The notes under the pieces were generated by a model. It saw only the letters and a list, made by a program, of their open reading frames with translations, was not told where the DNA came from and made no database searches. The translations under genes were made by a program, and so were the position numbers. A stretch of 63,704 nucleotides of DNA from a virus (taxonomy: Duplodnaviria > Caudoviricetes): IMG/VR virus record IMGVR_UViG_3300025829_000001, positions 1 to 63,704 of that record, one strand, 5' to 3'. Positions 45,624-56,236 of the stretch are shown here, in pieces (the first letter of the stretch is position 1; every line of letters starts with the position of its first letter).

Positions 45624-45979
45624 GGCTGCACCGCGTATTGAATTGCGCGAGAATCAATCTCACTGGTGACAGTTGCGGTTCCGGTGACAATTTTACGTAT
45701 TGGAATACGACCCGATGTGAATGCAGTCTGGTTGACCGACACGACTCCAGCCGTGGTTGCTTCGACGTAATTGGTCGTCGAAGCAGTTAAGGTCACAGCC
45801 CCATCCGCGACAACGCTGATCGTCCCAGATACGTTGATCGTCCCACCGTAATATCCCCAGGTCAAGGCAGATGTAGCTGTTGCATGGCGACCAAACAAAG
45901 ATGCTACCGATACAGCATCAAAATTCTCATTTGCGGTAATTTCTTTGCCCTGCTGACTGGATAATAGTTGATCTAACAT
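45620..45979 (-). CDS. Small tail-associated protein
   Basis: Q.GKEITANENFD and LTWGYYGG motifs; follows the tail-tip gene as in GTA-like tail modules. Confidence 0.72.
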   Translation of the reverse strand: MLDQLLSSQQGKEITANENFDAVSVASLFGRHATATSALTWGYYGGTINVSGTISVVADGAVTLTASTTNYVEATTAGVVSVNQTAFTSGRIPIRKIVTGTATVTSEIDSRAIQYAVQP

Positions 45980-45989
45980 GTTTTATTCC

Positions 45990-48900
45990 TTACGAATGTA
46001 TGCCAGAATCAGCACCGGCTGGTACTGAGTAAGTGAAAGCGGTTGCGCCAGAGTTTAATGTCCAGACATCCCCGACGTTATTCATGGACACCGCTGCGAA
46101 GAATGGGCCAGTGACCGGCCACGATCCTGGCAACGTAGTACCCTTGAGCACGTTATTTACCCGAATAGCCATCTCTCCAGTGGATCCATTAAGCACAATG
46201 CCAATGACATCCCCCGCCACATAGCCGGTTCCATAGGTAGTCACTACGCTGCCGCTATAAACTAGACCGGAATCGGACTCATAGCCAAGGCTACTGGTGA
46301 AACCACTATTGCCTAACTCGGCAGCCAGATTCTGAGACGAGTTGGCTATGCCGACACTTTGGTAAGTCCCGCCAGAGGCTGTAAGTGTTAATTCAAAATA
46401 TGGATTCCCGCTTGATTTTCCGATCGTGACCAGTACAGTTTTCCACCCTGACGCGGTGCTTGTAGCCACCATGTCGCCACCACTGAGGGTTATATTCGAT
46501 CCCATATGAGTAGGATCAAACCTGGCATAGGTACTGGAATCAGGAACAGTTAAACGCGCAGCATATCCGCGACCTGTTGCCCCTATTTGCTGGACAGTGA
46601 AGTCAAACGCGCCTGTGAAACCAAAGTCGGTGGTCTGTTGAGCAGCGGTATAGTTAACGGTATTGGTAGTCGCAGTCAAAGTCCTTAACACGGTCGTCCC
46701 GCCGACAGCATAAATATCAATCGCGTAAGCCTCGGTAGTCTCGCCAAGAGGAACATCTGAGTAATCGACCCAGTTTCCGCCGATGCGCGTGCGTCTAACC
46801 CATTGGAGCGTGATATTTCCCGCTGCGTCTCGTCCCCATCCAAGATGCACCGGCGCATAGCATTTTTTCGATACGGCAGTATTCGTAAACACGAAAGCAT
46901 CTGCGTCAGTGATCATCTGGCCGAAGGTCACGGCCTTGTAGTACCGTGGCAGGTTGTATTCACCAGATGGCGCTGATAACAGGTTGATGGTAGCAGGATC
47001 AAGCAGGACAACTGTCTCGCCAGCAACGTGCGTAGATTGCCCCCAATCCGTACCGTGACAACCTCTTAACATTCCCGATAAAGCATAGGTGTTTGTACCA
47101 GTCAAAACGCAATTCTTGGCCTGCACAATTTCGGAGCCAATCAGGAAAGTATTGGCGTTATTGTTGAAAATATTCGCTGCTGTCGTGCTGGAGAGTGTGC
47201 CTTCATAAACAGTGACTGAAAGTACGTTGGACTCGTCAAAGAACTTTCCGCCAGTCCAATCGCCCAAAACTCCGTTTGTATATCCAATAACAGCCGCGTG
47301 GAAAAATCCATTGCCATAGCTTGAATAAGCGCTGTTATCCGTGGATTTTAAAAGATCAGAACCAGACCATCCTGAAGCGTATCCACACGCCACACCGTAG
47401 AATCCAATACCATCATCCTGATCCCGTAATAGCGGAATATCCATCAGCACGCATTTGGTGTCACCGGTAAGAGTGACTGTGGTCGGAGCAGGCAGCATCA
47501 GCGCTGGAGCATTTGTCTGGGTATAGACCGAAATATTTTCTGCTGCTGCGTCCAGACTGATTATGCCCTTGGCATCATTTCTGTTTGTTCCGCGCAGGGT
47601 GTAATTGATATTGCCCTTTGATGTTTTGAATACATCCGTTGGCGTGATATAACTGTACTTGTTCCCCAACGATATTTTATGCGTATTACGTCCCTGCCAG
47701 GCATTCGCCAGTAGGATGTCCGCGACCTGCTTCCCTTTGGTGGCGCTGATCGCAACGGCTAACGGCACGTCCATGATCATTTTTGAGAGGGTGGTCAAGC
47801 GTCGGGCATATTGCGAGCCGATCAGAAAATTGTTGTCCTTGTCTGGATATGTGACATTCACCTGCAGCGGCAGTTCCATCTCCTGCTTGCGCGTGCTGTA
47901 AATCTGGTCAGGCATGGCCGAGCCATACTCGTGCGCAGCCAAGTCATCCTCTGGAATTGTGACTATCGAACTCTGCCCGCGCTTGACGAAAACTACTTTA
48001 CCGTCGATTTCAGCTGCATCGAATTGAGAGACAGGCATATGAGCTTCAATCGCGCTCCGTCCTGTTCCTACGCTGCCGAGCATGAAACCATAAACGGTAT
48101 CGGCGGTAAGTTGGCTGACGTCTATGTCGCCAGCAGTCAATCCACAATCAATGGAAATGTCAGTGACGAAATCGGACAAAGGCACAGTGCCGTTAGAAAG
48201 TGTTTTGCTGACGAAAAAACTACCCACTTGCCACGGAGTTCCTGGAATCGCGCCGTAAAATACAAGGCTATTTCCAAATACGTTAAATTTCGGCCTTGGC
48301 GCAGAATCAAAATAAAGTGCGGGAGAAGTCGAGAATGCCTTTCCAACTGCACCAGTAGATACCTCTTCAACTATCCCGCTATAGGCTATATAAATCGCAG
48401 AATCGGAAACTACTTTCAACGAATAATTGGTTGATCCGCCTGAACTATAACTATAAACCTCCCCAATATAGGCGTAGGTCGATTTGTTGTATTTCAATAC
48501 CTTTGTGAGTCCAGTTCCCCCACTGTGGCAGCAAACGTAAATATAATTATCACTGCAATCAATCCCGTCTACCGTATAGCCAGAAAGCATGCTGAAGACG
48601 ATATCTGCTGTTATGGCCCCCGCCGGCAGAAGGTAAACATCTGAAGCGAGGAAGTCGGCTATGAGTAATACATTCTGATCATAGAACCAGGTCAAATTGT
48701 CATTATCACTGATTCCGTTAATGTGAAAATTGCGCACAAACCACGGAGAGGTCAACCCAGCCAAAGAAGCTGCTGTTTCATCATAAGTTAAAAGCGTATA
48801 TTGATTGGTCGTATTACTGTTGTATAACGTACAAATACAATTGGCATTGCCACTCGTCAAAACGAGAATATAGGCTGAAGAAACAATCTGATAAGGAACT

Positions 48901-49736
48901 GTCGTGATCTTGACAGGCGTACCGTTCGGTAGCAGGTCATAAATCCATACATTATTTGTCAAATAACTGGCATCCCAGTCGCCGAAAATCCCCCGCATTT
49001 TACTGGCATTCGGCATGTAACTAACTGCGCCAGATGCCGTCGTTACATTGTCGATTGGTCTGGGGCAGGTATATGTAATAGCATCGGTATAAGTCCCGCT
49101 CTTCACTACCACCACTTCAAAATTAAATGCCAGTGGCAGAGCTGTGACGTCCATATCCGTGATGACCAGGTAGCAACACCCACGATAAGCCGGTGTCAGC
49201 GTCACACCTAGATCAGCCTGAATCGTGCTGTTAGGCAGCTGAGTTTCGTCCCCAGGGTAAAACTGGATATTGGCTGCTCCAAGTGCGCTAACCACCTGGG
49301 TGGGGATGTCTGCCGTGCTGCTCATATTGTATACGAGCGCACCATTCACGAAGATCTGAATGAACCCATCTGCTACGCCCTCGCAGATCAGATAGGCCAT
49401 CGACTGCGTGTAGGTGTAGGTCTTGGTCGTCTGGGAAGGTTGCGCGCCCTTACCGCCCGTCGTATCTTTGTGCTCATGCTCGATGCGCTTAGTTGACCAG
49501 ATCATCTTGGTGGCTAGACGTTCAGTGGCCCAGACTTTCGGCACCATCTCACCGTAATTCGCAGAGACGACCTTTAGATCGGTCTGCTTTGGGCCATATT
49601 GGGTAGGTGAAGATCCTGGGAATAAAAAACTTCCCGCAGTCGAAAATATAGAAAACCCCAATTGCGCAGCAGCCATCGTCCCAAACGCTTCAAAACCGAC
49701 GCCCGCTCCGATAGCGCCTAAAGCCAACGCGGCCAT
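45990..49736 (-). CDS. Tail tip / host-specificity protein (Phage-tail_3-like) with C-terminal SPRY-like domain
   Basis: PAYRG..Y, QEMELP, MDIPLLRD, W.RRTR and VPLGE motifs; C-terminus with NITLS and GKSSG..YFE. Confidence 0.9.
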   Translation of the reverse strand: MAALALGAIGAGVGFEAFGTMAAAQLGFSIFSTAGSFLFPGSSPTQYGPKQTDLKVVSANYGEMVPKVWATERLATKMIWSTKRIEHEHKDTTGGKGAQPSQTTKTYTYTQSMAYLICEGVADGFIQIFVNGALVYNMSSTADIPTQVVSALGAANIQFYPGDETQLPNSTIQADLGVTLTPAYRGCCYLVITDMDVTALPLAFNFEVVVVKSGTYTDAITYTCPRPIDNVTTASGAVSYMPNASKMRGIFGDWDASYLTNNVWIYDLLPNGTPVKITTVPYQIVSSAYILVLTSGNANCICTLYNSNTTNQYTLLTYDETAASLAGLTSPWFVRNFHINGISDNDNLTWFYDQNVLLIADFLASDVYLLPAGAITADIVFSMLSGYTVDGIDCSDNYIYVCCHSGGTGLTKVLKYNKSTYAYIGEVYSYSSGGSTNYSLKVVSDSAIYIAYSGIVEEVSTGAVGKAFSTSPALYFDSAPRPKFNVFGNSLVFYGAIPGTPWQVGSFFVSKTLSNGTVPLSDFVTDISIDCGLTAGDIDVSQLTADTVYGFMLGSVGTGRSAIEAHMPVSQFDAAEIDGKVVFVKRGQSSIVTIPEDDLAAHEYGSAMPDQIYSTRKQEMELPLQVNVTYPDKDNNFLIGSQYARRLTTLSKMIMDVPLAVAISATKGKQVADILLANAWQGRNTHKISLGNKYSYITPTDVFKTSKGNINYTLRGTNRNDAKGIISLDAAAENISVYTQTNAPALMLPAPTTVTLTGDTKCVLMDIPLLRDQDDGIGFYGVACGYASGWSGSDLLKSTDNSAYSSYGNGFFHAAVIGYTNGVLGDWTGGKFFDESNVLSVTVYEGTLSSTTAANIFNNNANTFLIGSEIVQAKNCVLTGTNTYALSGMLRGCHGTDWGQSTHVAGETVVLLDPATINLLSAPSGEYNLPRYYKAVTFGQMITDADAFVFTNTAVSKKCYAPVHLGWGRDAAGNITLQWVRRTRIGGNWVDYSDVPLGETTEAYAIDIYAVGGTTVLRTLTATTNTVNYTAAQQTTDFGFTGAFDFTVQQIGATGRGYAARLTVPDSSTYARFDPTHMGSNITLSGGDMVATSTASGWKTVLVTIGKSSGNPYFELTLTASGGTYQSVGIANSSQNLAAELGNSGFTSSLGYESDSGLVYSGSVVTTYGTGYVAGDVIGIVLNGSTGEMAIRVNNVLKGTTLPGSWPVTGPFFAAVSMNNVGDVWTLNSGATAFTYSVPAGADSGIHS

Positions 49737-50158
49737 TATTCTTTGATCCTATAGCAGCCCGACAGTTTCGTCAGCCAGTAAGTGTCAATCGAGTTTTCAG
49801 TGACTTTTGAATTTTTACGATTCAATTGCGCCCAGGCGTGGATCATCATCAATGGTTCGATGCTCGAAACAATCCCGATGTGCTGTGCCTCTTTTTCGAA
49901 TTTAAACATGACCAGATCGCCGAGCTGTAAATCTTTGAATTCAACTAAATTACAGTGCTTTTTTACTGCCTCTAAAAAGTAACCGTCCGGAATGTGCGCG
50001 TAGTTGCTTTGGTCTTCGATCTTGAAGCCAGCCCGGTTCGCAGGGATGACCACGGTTCCAGCACAATCGATGCCAACCTGTGGAACACGCCCTTGATGAT
50101 GGAATGGCGTGCCGATAAGTTCCCGTGCATAAGCTACGAATTGTTCGGTCTTGCTCAT
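49736..50158 (-). CDS. NlpC/P60 tail-associated peptidase
   Basis: GTPFHHQGR, GIDCAG, HIGI and IHA motifs. Confidence 0.9.
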   Translation of the reverse strand: MSKTEQFVAYARELIGTPFHHQGRVPQVGIDCAGTVVIPANRAGFKIEDQSNYAHIPDGYFLEAVKKHCNLVEFKDLQLGDLVMFKFEKEAQHIGIVSSIEPLMMIHAWAQLNRKNSKVTENSIDTYWLTKLSGCYRIKE

Positions 50159-50991
50159 GTCGCACTCAACAATCTGTCTTGTCCTGGCACTGAATTGAAG
50201 CCACGGAAATTGACGATATTGTTGAACTTCGCCGCGCAGGTTGTGTCGATTTTGTTGCATCCGGCGTAGACCGAATACGTATCGCCAACCTGCACGAGAT
50301 TCGGCATCGGTTCGACCAGAGCAAAATTACCAACCAAATAATTTTTCACTTCTTTTTTGTAGGTTTTATTCAGGCCTCCCGTCCACGTCAACAGGCCGCC
50401 ATTAAAATAATAGTCGGCTTTTGTCTGTCCGGTATCCGCAAAAGCAACTGTTCCATCAATAAGCGAAGTCACCGTTCCGGTAAAGGTATACGCAGCCAGC
50501 GCAATCTTACAACGAGCATCTCCAAGATCAGCGTCGCATTGCGCGTTGATGACGCGACCGATGCTCTGCTGATACGCCTGCATCAATCCGCGCAGCTCAG
50601 CGATGAACGAGATGCGCCCGGTAGACACCTCGCCGATGGTGCCCTTACGCATCCACTCGATGCCCATCGACAGATCCATGTAGTTGACGCGGAAGATCTC
50701 AATTCCAGCGTAATCCCACAACCCAGCGAGCAGATCAGCATCGGTGATGGTCGCGGAATTGAGCACCGAGTCCACCTCCAAATTGTCTACGTTCAGTAGG
50801 TCTGACGTGGTGATGTTTGACGCGGTGAACCCAGTGGCTGCTAGGTAGGTGCGTCCTAAATAGGATACATCCTGATCATGCTCCGTGAACGTGAAGATGG
50901 TGCCGTCCTGGCGCGTAACCTTCCACATGAAGCAGATCGTTGTGGTGTCGCCCGCCATGTGCGCCTTGAGCGCGGTGCTGGTGCCTTTCAT
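50155..50991 (-). CDS. Tail hub protein (DUF2163 / BR0599-like)
   Basis: FTEHD, CDADLGD.RC and GC.K...C..KFNN..NFRGF motifs. Confidence 0.92.
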   Translation of the reverse strand: MKGTSTALKAHMAGDTTTICFMWKVTRQDGTIFTFTEHDQDVSYLGRTYLAATGFTASNITTSDLLNVDNLEVDSVLNSATITDADLLAGLWDYAGIEIFRVNYMDLSMGIEWMRKGTIGEVSTGRISFIAELRGLMQAYQQSIGRVINAQCDADLGDARCKIALAAYTFTGTVTSLIDGTVAFADTGQTKADYYFNGGLLTWTGGLNKTYKKEVKNYLVGNFALVEPMPNLVQVGDTYSVYAGCNKIDTTCAAKFNNIVNFRGFNSVPGQDRLLSAT

Positions 50992-51863
50992 ATTCGTTTC
51001 TCGTAGAGGGTGATCGAAGTCCAGTTCATCAGCCCAGCAGGATCCATCCCGATCTGCAACCAGTCGTTATCGTTGCGGATGGGGATGTCAAATTGTCCTG
51101 CCCAAGTAAGCACATCTGAGGTTTGCGGGTATAGATAACCAGAACCGGACACGCTGATCGCCTTGCCCAAGGTATTGGTGCTGATCGTGTATGCTGGGGC
51201 AGCCGAACTGATGACGGTATGGGCAGTGTTGTTGAGCAGCGCTGCATCGTTGCCGGTCATGCCAGACAGGTAAAGCAGGTTGTGTCCTGCATTAGCCGTA
51301 AGCGTCGGTAGATTCGCGGTGAGTGTGACCACGGTGTTCGCGCCCACCGCGATATTGGCTACGGAGGAGGTTGAATCAGCAACAGCACTCACGATGCCCG
51401 TCGTATTGTCGATGCTGTACTGTCCTGCGCCAGAGCCTGCCACCATCGGCGACGCGTTGCGGTATGGCACCACGGTGCCAGCGACCGGCTTCGGCACCTT
51501 GCTCTGCGTAGTTATCGCGCCCGCGATATAGTTCTTGTAGAGTTGGTAGGTTGGGCATCCTGTGCCCACTCCTGCTGTGCCTAGGACGCCCGTTGTGACG
51601 TCTACTAGGTAATCCCATGGAATCTTTACGCGGAAGCCGTTACCGCGTCCTGCGCAAGCCCGAAAGAAAGCGATGGTCGCCTGGATGTTCTTGATCTCAC
51701 GCAGCCCGGCGGACAGGTTGTACTTGCGCAGCGGCATGCTCCAAATGATGTTGACCTGCTCGCCGCCGCCGTTGAGCACGACGATCTCGCTGGCAAACAC
51801 CTCGCCGCCAACGAGCCAGGCAGCGACCTCGTCCGGGAAGCGCGGAGTTTCAATGAAAGCCAT
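50988..51863 (-). CDS. Distal tail protein (DUF2460-like) with an inserted beta domain
   Basis: F.E.PRFP, FF.A..GR..GFR, YQL.K.Y and W.G.FDIP.R motifs. Confidence 0.88.
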   Translation of the reverse strand: MAFIETPRFPDEVAAWLVGGEVFASEIVVLNGGGEQVNIIWSMPLRKYNLSAGLREIKNIQATIAFFRACAGRGNGFRVKIPWDYLVDVTTGVLGTAGVGTGCPTYQLYKNYIAGAITTQSKVPKPVAGTVVPYRNASPMVAGSGAGQYSIDNTTGIVSAVADSTSSVANIAVGANTVVTLTANLPTLTANAGHNLLYLSGMTGNDAALLNNTAHTVISSAAPAYTISTNTLGKAISVSGSGYLYPQTSDVLTWAGQFDIPIRNDNDWLQIGMDPAGLMNWTSITLYEKRI

Positions 51864-54487
51864 TACCCGTTTCTCCCTCGCGCGACAGATAAAGTCTGCG
51901 CGACCATGTTAGCGAGTTGCTGCCGTGTTGTCAGATCCACCGCGCCCGACACGTTGAAATTGTTGTTGATGACCTGACTGCTCTGCCCGCTCTGCCCACG
52001 GTTGTATTGCGCCGGGACGACGGCTTCACCGCGATGGATGACTGCCAGCATATCGTGCGGGACGAAGTTGGTGCCTGTGTCAAAAGACGGTACGGAATTA
52101 AGAACCCCTCCAGCGTCCACAGTCGATGTATTCAGCGCTGGAATTGCTGCGCTACCACCAGAACCGCCCGCTGCTCCCATTAAAGAGCTAATCCAGCCGC
52201 CAAGCCCTGTACCGCTTTCCATTTGGAGTTGGAGCTGCGTCTTGATCCAATTCGTGATCAACTGTACAGTCATCTTGTTAAACTCCAGCACGATGGAATT
52301 GCACATGTTTTTAAAACCGTCATGAATGGTCGTCGTGCCCTGGATGATGCCTTGCACGGTAGTGTCGAACGCCTGCGTAATCGGGTCAAGGAATTTACCA
52401 ATCTGGTCGGCTTGTGCCTTAGCGATGCCCGTGCTCGCATTTGCCATATCTACAGCATGCTTTTCTGCCATCGCAGCAAGCTTGTCGTATGCTTCTTGCT
52501 GCTTCACCACATCATCATGGATACGATCGGCATCGTCTTGCGCAGCCTGATACTTCAACTGGTATTCTTTTTCCAAAAGATCTTTCAACGCGGTGAGTTC
52601 TTCCACGTCACTGATCTGACCGATGTCTTTTTTATGCGCCAGTGCTGCTTTTTCGAGTTCTATGTCGTTGAGCGCTGCTTCTGCGACTCTCGCAGTATGC
52701 AGATCAGCCAGCTTGTCCATCTGCTTCTGATGTTCTTTGGCAGCCTTTTCGATCTCAGCAACAGCTGCTAGGTATTCCTTGCCTTCATAGCCGTATGCCA
52801 TGCCGACACGGTTGGCAATTTCAGTGGCAATTTTAATACGTTCTTCGCCTCCGGCCTGGGCCTGGGCTTCTTGCAGCTTTAACGCTTCCAGATCGTCTGC
52901 TAGTTGCTGATGCGCTTCGGTCTTGCGTAGCATATAAAGTTCATGGTCAATAGCACGGCTTTCCGCGTGAGCAGATTTCTCAATCGCCAGATATTGCTTG
53001 GAACCTTCCTTAACCTTGGATAACTTATCAGCCCAGAACGCAGCAGATTCAGCCTGTTTAGCCGTCCAAAATGTGATCTCCTCATCCGTTGAGGTCTTGA
53101 AATAAGCTTTTTCCGCTTCGAGTTGTTGCTCAAGTTCCGCCTTGTAGTCTGCCATATTGCTTGGTTGGGATGTTGCACCCCCAGCGCCCTTTTTCGCTGT
53201 CGGAGGAGCTTGCTTCCCAGGTTTTGCAATAGGACTTGTGTCGCCAACCTTTGCCGTAGGGTTGAGCAAACCAGCAATTTGATCGTGTGCAGTCTGAGCT
53301 TCTTTGACCATCTTATCGGTCATAGCTTTAAAGGCTGCGGACGAATCGCCAATACCTTTCGCCCAGGCTGTTTTTACGCCTGCCCAGTCCAAATGGAACG
53401 CTGCAACAGCTATCGAGGCGTAGAACTTAAGCGCTGAAGCGCCTTGTTCGAGCGCGTATTGAATCGCAGCTAAAGCAATTATGAAACCCGTGCGGAATCC
53501 AATGATCGCAATTTCTAACACGGTGACCGTGTTACGGAAAAATTCCATCGCCGTAACACCCTCGCCGCCGCTGCCAAACACGGCATTGATGACGTCACCA
53601 ATAGCACGAAAAGCGGTCGTGAGTGTATCCCATAATGCCACAACAACCTCTTTGCAGGCTGTAAGCGCTATAGAAAACCCATCCGCTGCAATGCTTCCAA
53701 TCTCGAAAATGGTCTTGCCCTGCCCCAAAAACCATTCTGCCATGCTGGTTAGAATAGGGGTGAGTTCACGCCCGATGGTGATATAAATACCATGCAGCGC
53801 TTCGCCCATGAGCGTAGTGCTGAAACTGAAGTCTTCCGCAGATTTTACGTCATTCTCAGTAAGCACTAAGCCAAAGTCTTTAGCTACCGACGTGGCTTCC
53901 GCCATGCGGTCTTTGGTCAACTTCATCAGGTCTGACACGCTGATGAACGAACGTCCAAGCAGTTGCGTGGCTACCTTATTACGATCAGCACCTGCTTCAT
54001 ACTCACCGAGCTTATCAACAATTTCGCTGATGATTACCGAAGTCTGCTTGGTCTGCCCGTTAGCGTCCTTCATGGAGATGCCAAACTTTTCGTAGGCTGC
54101 TGCGCTCTTTTCCATGCGCAATGAAACACGCTGCACGATGCCCTCATACTTTTCAGCGCTGATGCCGACAGCACCAAGAGCAGTGTCAAGCGTCGACAAA
54201 GATTCGGTCGTGCCGCCGATGATGCGCTGCATCTTGCCGATTTCTTCGCCGTAGTGAGCGAAGGCTTGATAAGACTCGGTCAACGCTTCCTTAAGTTTAG
54301 CAAAAGCTTCTTCTGCCAAATTAGCAATAACCATCCCTAACGCTACGGTGATAGCATTGAGGCCAGACATTGAATCGCCCGCTTTGCCCATCGAGTCCTT
54401 GATGGTGTCGCCTAGACCTTGAAACTTATCCTCGGCATCGGAGGTGGTCGCACCTACCTCAATCTCTACTTTGTCGTCTTGAGCCAT
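51863..54487 (-). CDS. Tape measure protein
   Basis: 874 aa, Ala-rich helical; C-terminal FDTGT..VP.DMLA.IH.GEAVVP. Confidence 0.92.
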   Translation of the reverse strand: MAQDDKVEIEVGATTSDAEDKFQGLGDTIKDSMGKAGDSMSGLNAITVALGMVIANLAEEAFAKLKEALTESYQAFAHYGEEIGKMQRIIGGTTESLSTLDTALGAVGISAEKYEGIVQRVSLRMEKSAAAYEKFGISMKDANGQTKQTSVIISEIVDKLGEYEAGADRNKVATQLLGRSFISVSDLMKLTKDRMAEATSVAKDFGLVLTENDVKSAEDFSFSTTLMGEALHGIYITIGRELTPILTSMAEWFLGQGKTIFEIGSIAADGFSIALTACKEVVVALWDTLTTAFRAIGDVINAVFGSGGEGVTAMEFFRNTVTVLEIAIIGFRTGFIIALAAIQYALEQGASALKFYASIAVAAFHLDWAGVKTAWAKGIGDSSAAFKAMTDKMVKEAQTAHDQIAGLLNPTAKVGDTSPIAKPGKQAPPTAKKGAGGATSQPSNMADYKAELEQQLEAEKAYFKTSTDEEITFWTAKQAESAAFWADKLSKVKEGSKQYLAIEKSAHAESRAIDHELYMLRKTEAHQQLADDLEALKLQEAQAQAGGEERIKIATEIANRVGMAYGYEGKEYLAAVAEIEKAAKEHQKQMDKLADLHTARVAEAALNDIELEKAALAHKKDIGQISDVEELTALKDLLEKEYQLKYQAAQDDADRIHDDVVKQQEAYDKLAAMAEKHAVDMANASTGIAKAQADQIGKFLDPITQAFDTTVQGIIQGTTTIHDGFKNMCNSIVLEFNKMTVQLITNWIKTQLQLQMESGTGLGGWISSLMGAAGGSGGSAAIPALNTSTVDAGGVLNSVPSFDTGTNFVPHDMLAVIHRGEAVVPAQYNRGQSGQSSQVINNNFNVSGAVDLTTRQQLANMVAQTLSVARGRNG

Positions 54488-54753
54488 TCAGGTATCTCCG
54501 AGTCAAATCCACTGCCAATTAAACTTTGAAGCTCGCCGGGGTCTTGCGATAGCTGCTTGGGCTTTTGGCCTGCACCAAGATACGCCGCCACAAGGAAGTG
54601 CAGCGGCGGATTGATCTTCCAGTACTCCGCCATTTCGGTCAGGCGGGGAATCGTCATGAAGTCGTCGATGTACTCCCACGTCCATCCCGTGCAGGCAATG
54701 ATGTGGGCGTACAGCTGCCCCCACTTTACAGAATCCCCGCTTGCGCCTCCCCC
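54466..54753 (-). CDS. Tail assembly chaperone frameshift extension (gpT-like)
   Basis: The -1 frame is open from GGGGGAG (54753-54747) to the stop at 54466 and encodes WGQLYAHII.CTGWTWEYID. Confidence 0.75.
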   Translation of the reverse strand, partial: GGGASGDSVKWGQLYAHIIACTGWTWEYIDDFMTIPRLTEMAEYWKINPPLHFLVAAYLGAGQKPKQLSQDPGELQSLIGSGFDSEIPEWLKTTK

Positions 54754-55034
54754 GATGACACCAGTCCGCTCACCCCCATGATGGCGGGCACGATCAGCTT
54801 CATGTTGCCGAGGTCAAGCAGATTGCCCACCTGTTCCTGGGTCAATTCAGGATAATTGCGAGACAGCGCCACGAACACGATCTCCGTTACGGTGTCGAGC
54901 TGCTTAACATCCGGCACACTTCCCATCTTGGTAAGCGTTAACAATTTCGGCTGAAGGTTACGGAGTTGCTTGAATGAAAGCGGAGGGACAAGATACTCTG
55001 TCCCTCCAAGGTTAATCTTTACGCCATCAATCAT
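54726..55034 (-). CDS. Tail assembly chaperone (gpG-like)
   Basis: Lies between the tail tube and tape measure genes; slippery sequence near the 3' end. Confidence 0.85.
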   Translation of the reverse strand: MIDGVKINLGGTEYLVPPLSFKQLRNLQPKLLTLTKMGSVPDVKQLDTVTEIVFVALSRNYPELTQEQVGNLLDLGNMKLIVPAIMGVSGLVSSGEAQAGIL

Positions 55035-55036
55035 GA

Positions 55037-55771
55037 TTATTCATCCAAACTCAAGGTTCCGACATTGTTTGAAGCATCAGCAAAGGCTGCGAACTCGAAA
55101 CTTGGAATGGTGAAGTCTTCCAACTTAGTCGCCAGCGTCAACTTGCTAGACATGCAAGCGTTCAGCACCATTGTGAGCTTCTTGCTCTGGAACGTGTTGG
55201 TAAATACTCCGATAAACTGTGGCGCAGCACCTAGCAACTGATTGCTGATGCTGATCTTCTTGCCGTTCGCTGCATCGGTGTAGTTATAGCTCACCAAGAC
55301 GGCCACGGCGTTCTGTGCGCTGTTGAAGGTGTACACGCCGCTTGTTTCATTGCAAACGTATTGCTGCCCGACTGCATTCGCTGTGACGCGGGTGTACGGC
55401 GTGCCGTCCGACGCTTTCACCACGCCCAAATCAGTCGTATAGGTGCCGTTATTGGTGGCAGTCACGATGTTCGCCGTGACTGTTTGCGCTTCACCGACTG
55501 CGGTAACAACCTCGCCCGTGCTTGGGTTGGAAAAGCCGAAGAACAGGTCGTTAAAAGCCTGCGCATTGAACTGCGCGAAGTTGGCCTTGCCAGCAATCTT
55601 GCCCGTTCCACGCCCGAGGGCAACTGGGAACTGGTACGAGCTGTAAAGCTCCTTGGTGGTGAATTGGATATCGATGGACACATCCTGCAACGCACCGAAG
55701 CGCACAGGGGTGGCCGGAAGGTTGGTCGTGCTGCGACCGTACAAAACTCCTGCACCGAATGAATATTGCAT
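55037..55771 (-). CDS. Major tail (tube) protein
   Basis: 244 aa, beta-rich, upstream of chaperone and TMP genes; AAGGAG RBS. Confidence 0.82.
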   Translation of the reverse strand: MQYSFGAGVLYGRSTTNLPATPVRFGALQDVSIDIQFTTKELYSSYQFPVALGRGTGKIAGKANFAQFNAQAFNDLFFGFSNPSTGEVVTAVGEAQTVTANIVTATNNGTYTTDLGVVKASDGTPYTRVTANAVGQQYVCNETSGVYTFNSAQNAVAVLVSYNYTDAANGKKISISNQLLGAAPQFIGVFTNTFQSKKLTMVLNACMSSKLTLATKLEDFTIPSFEFAAFADASNNVGTLSLDE

Positions 55772-55783
55772 TGTGATTCTCCT

Positions 55784-56236
55784 TTACGTTGGTACGATTA
55801 CAGTGAGAGGGACAATACAGACTGCCTGGTCCCCGAGATTCCCTTCAAAAATATTTACTGCGCCATCAATGTAACAGTGCGACACCAGACCTCCCAGTGT
55901 GCAGGCGTCGTTCATGATGTCATCAATCGCGAGGGCTGCTTCAATCGCGTCCATCAGCGGGTTGAGCAACTGCGAGGGCACGATGCTAGGGTCGTTATTC
56001 GCCTCGGTATTGACGTACAGATAGAGGTCAATGGTAAACGTCCACTTGGCCGGCAAGCCTTTTTGTTTCCGGACTGTTTCTGTCTTCTGAAGCTGGAGCA
56101 ATGCCGGTTGATCTTCCTTGGGCACGTCCTCCCAGACTTTGAGCTTGCGCGTAGCGGTCTTGAATGCAGGGCTGCCGCCGATGGTCAATCCTGACCAGTA
56201 GGCGAAAAGTGCTGCGTAGATGTTCTCCCTAACCAC
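55784..56236 (-). CDS. Tail terminator-like protein
   Basis: REN IY.AL, QPAL and TLGGLV motifs; synteny. Confidence 0.75.
   Translation of the reverse strand: MVRENIYAALFAYWSGLTIGGSPAFKTATRKLKVWEDVPKEDQPALLQLQKTETVRKQKGLPAKWTFTIDLYLYVNTEANNDPSIVPSQLLNPLMDAIEAALAIDDIMNDACTLGGLVSHCYIDGAVNIFEGNLGDQAVCIVPLTVIVPT

Noticed and set aside
45990-49736. Diversity-generating retroelement acting on the tail tip
   Set aside because: No reverse transcriptase and no template/variable repeat pair were seen.
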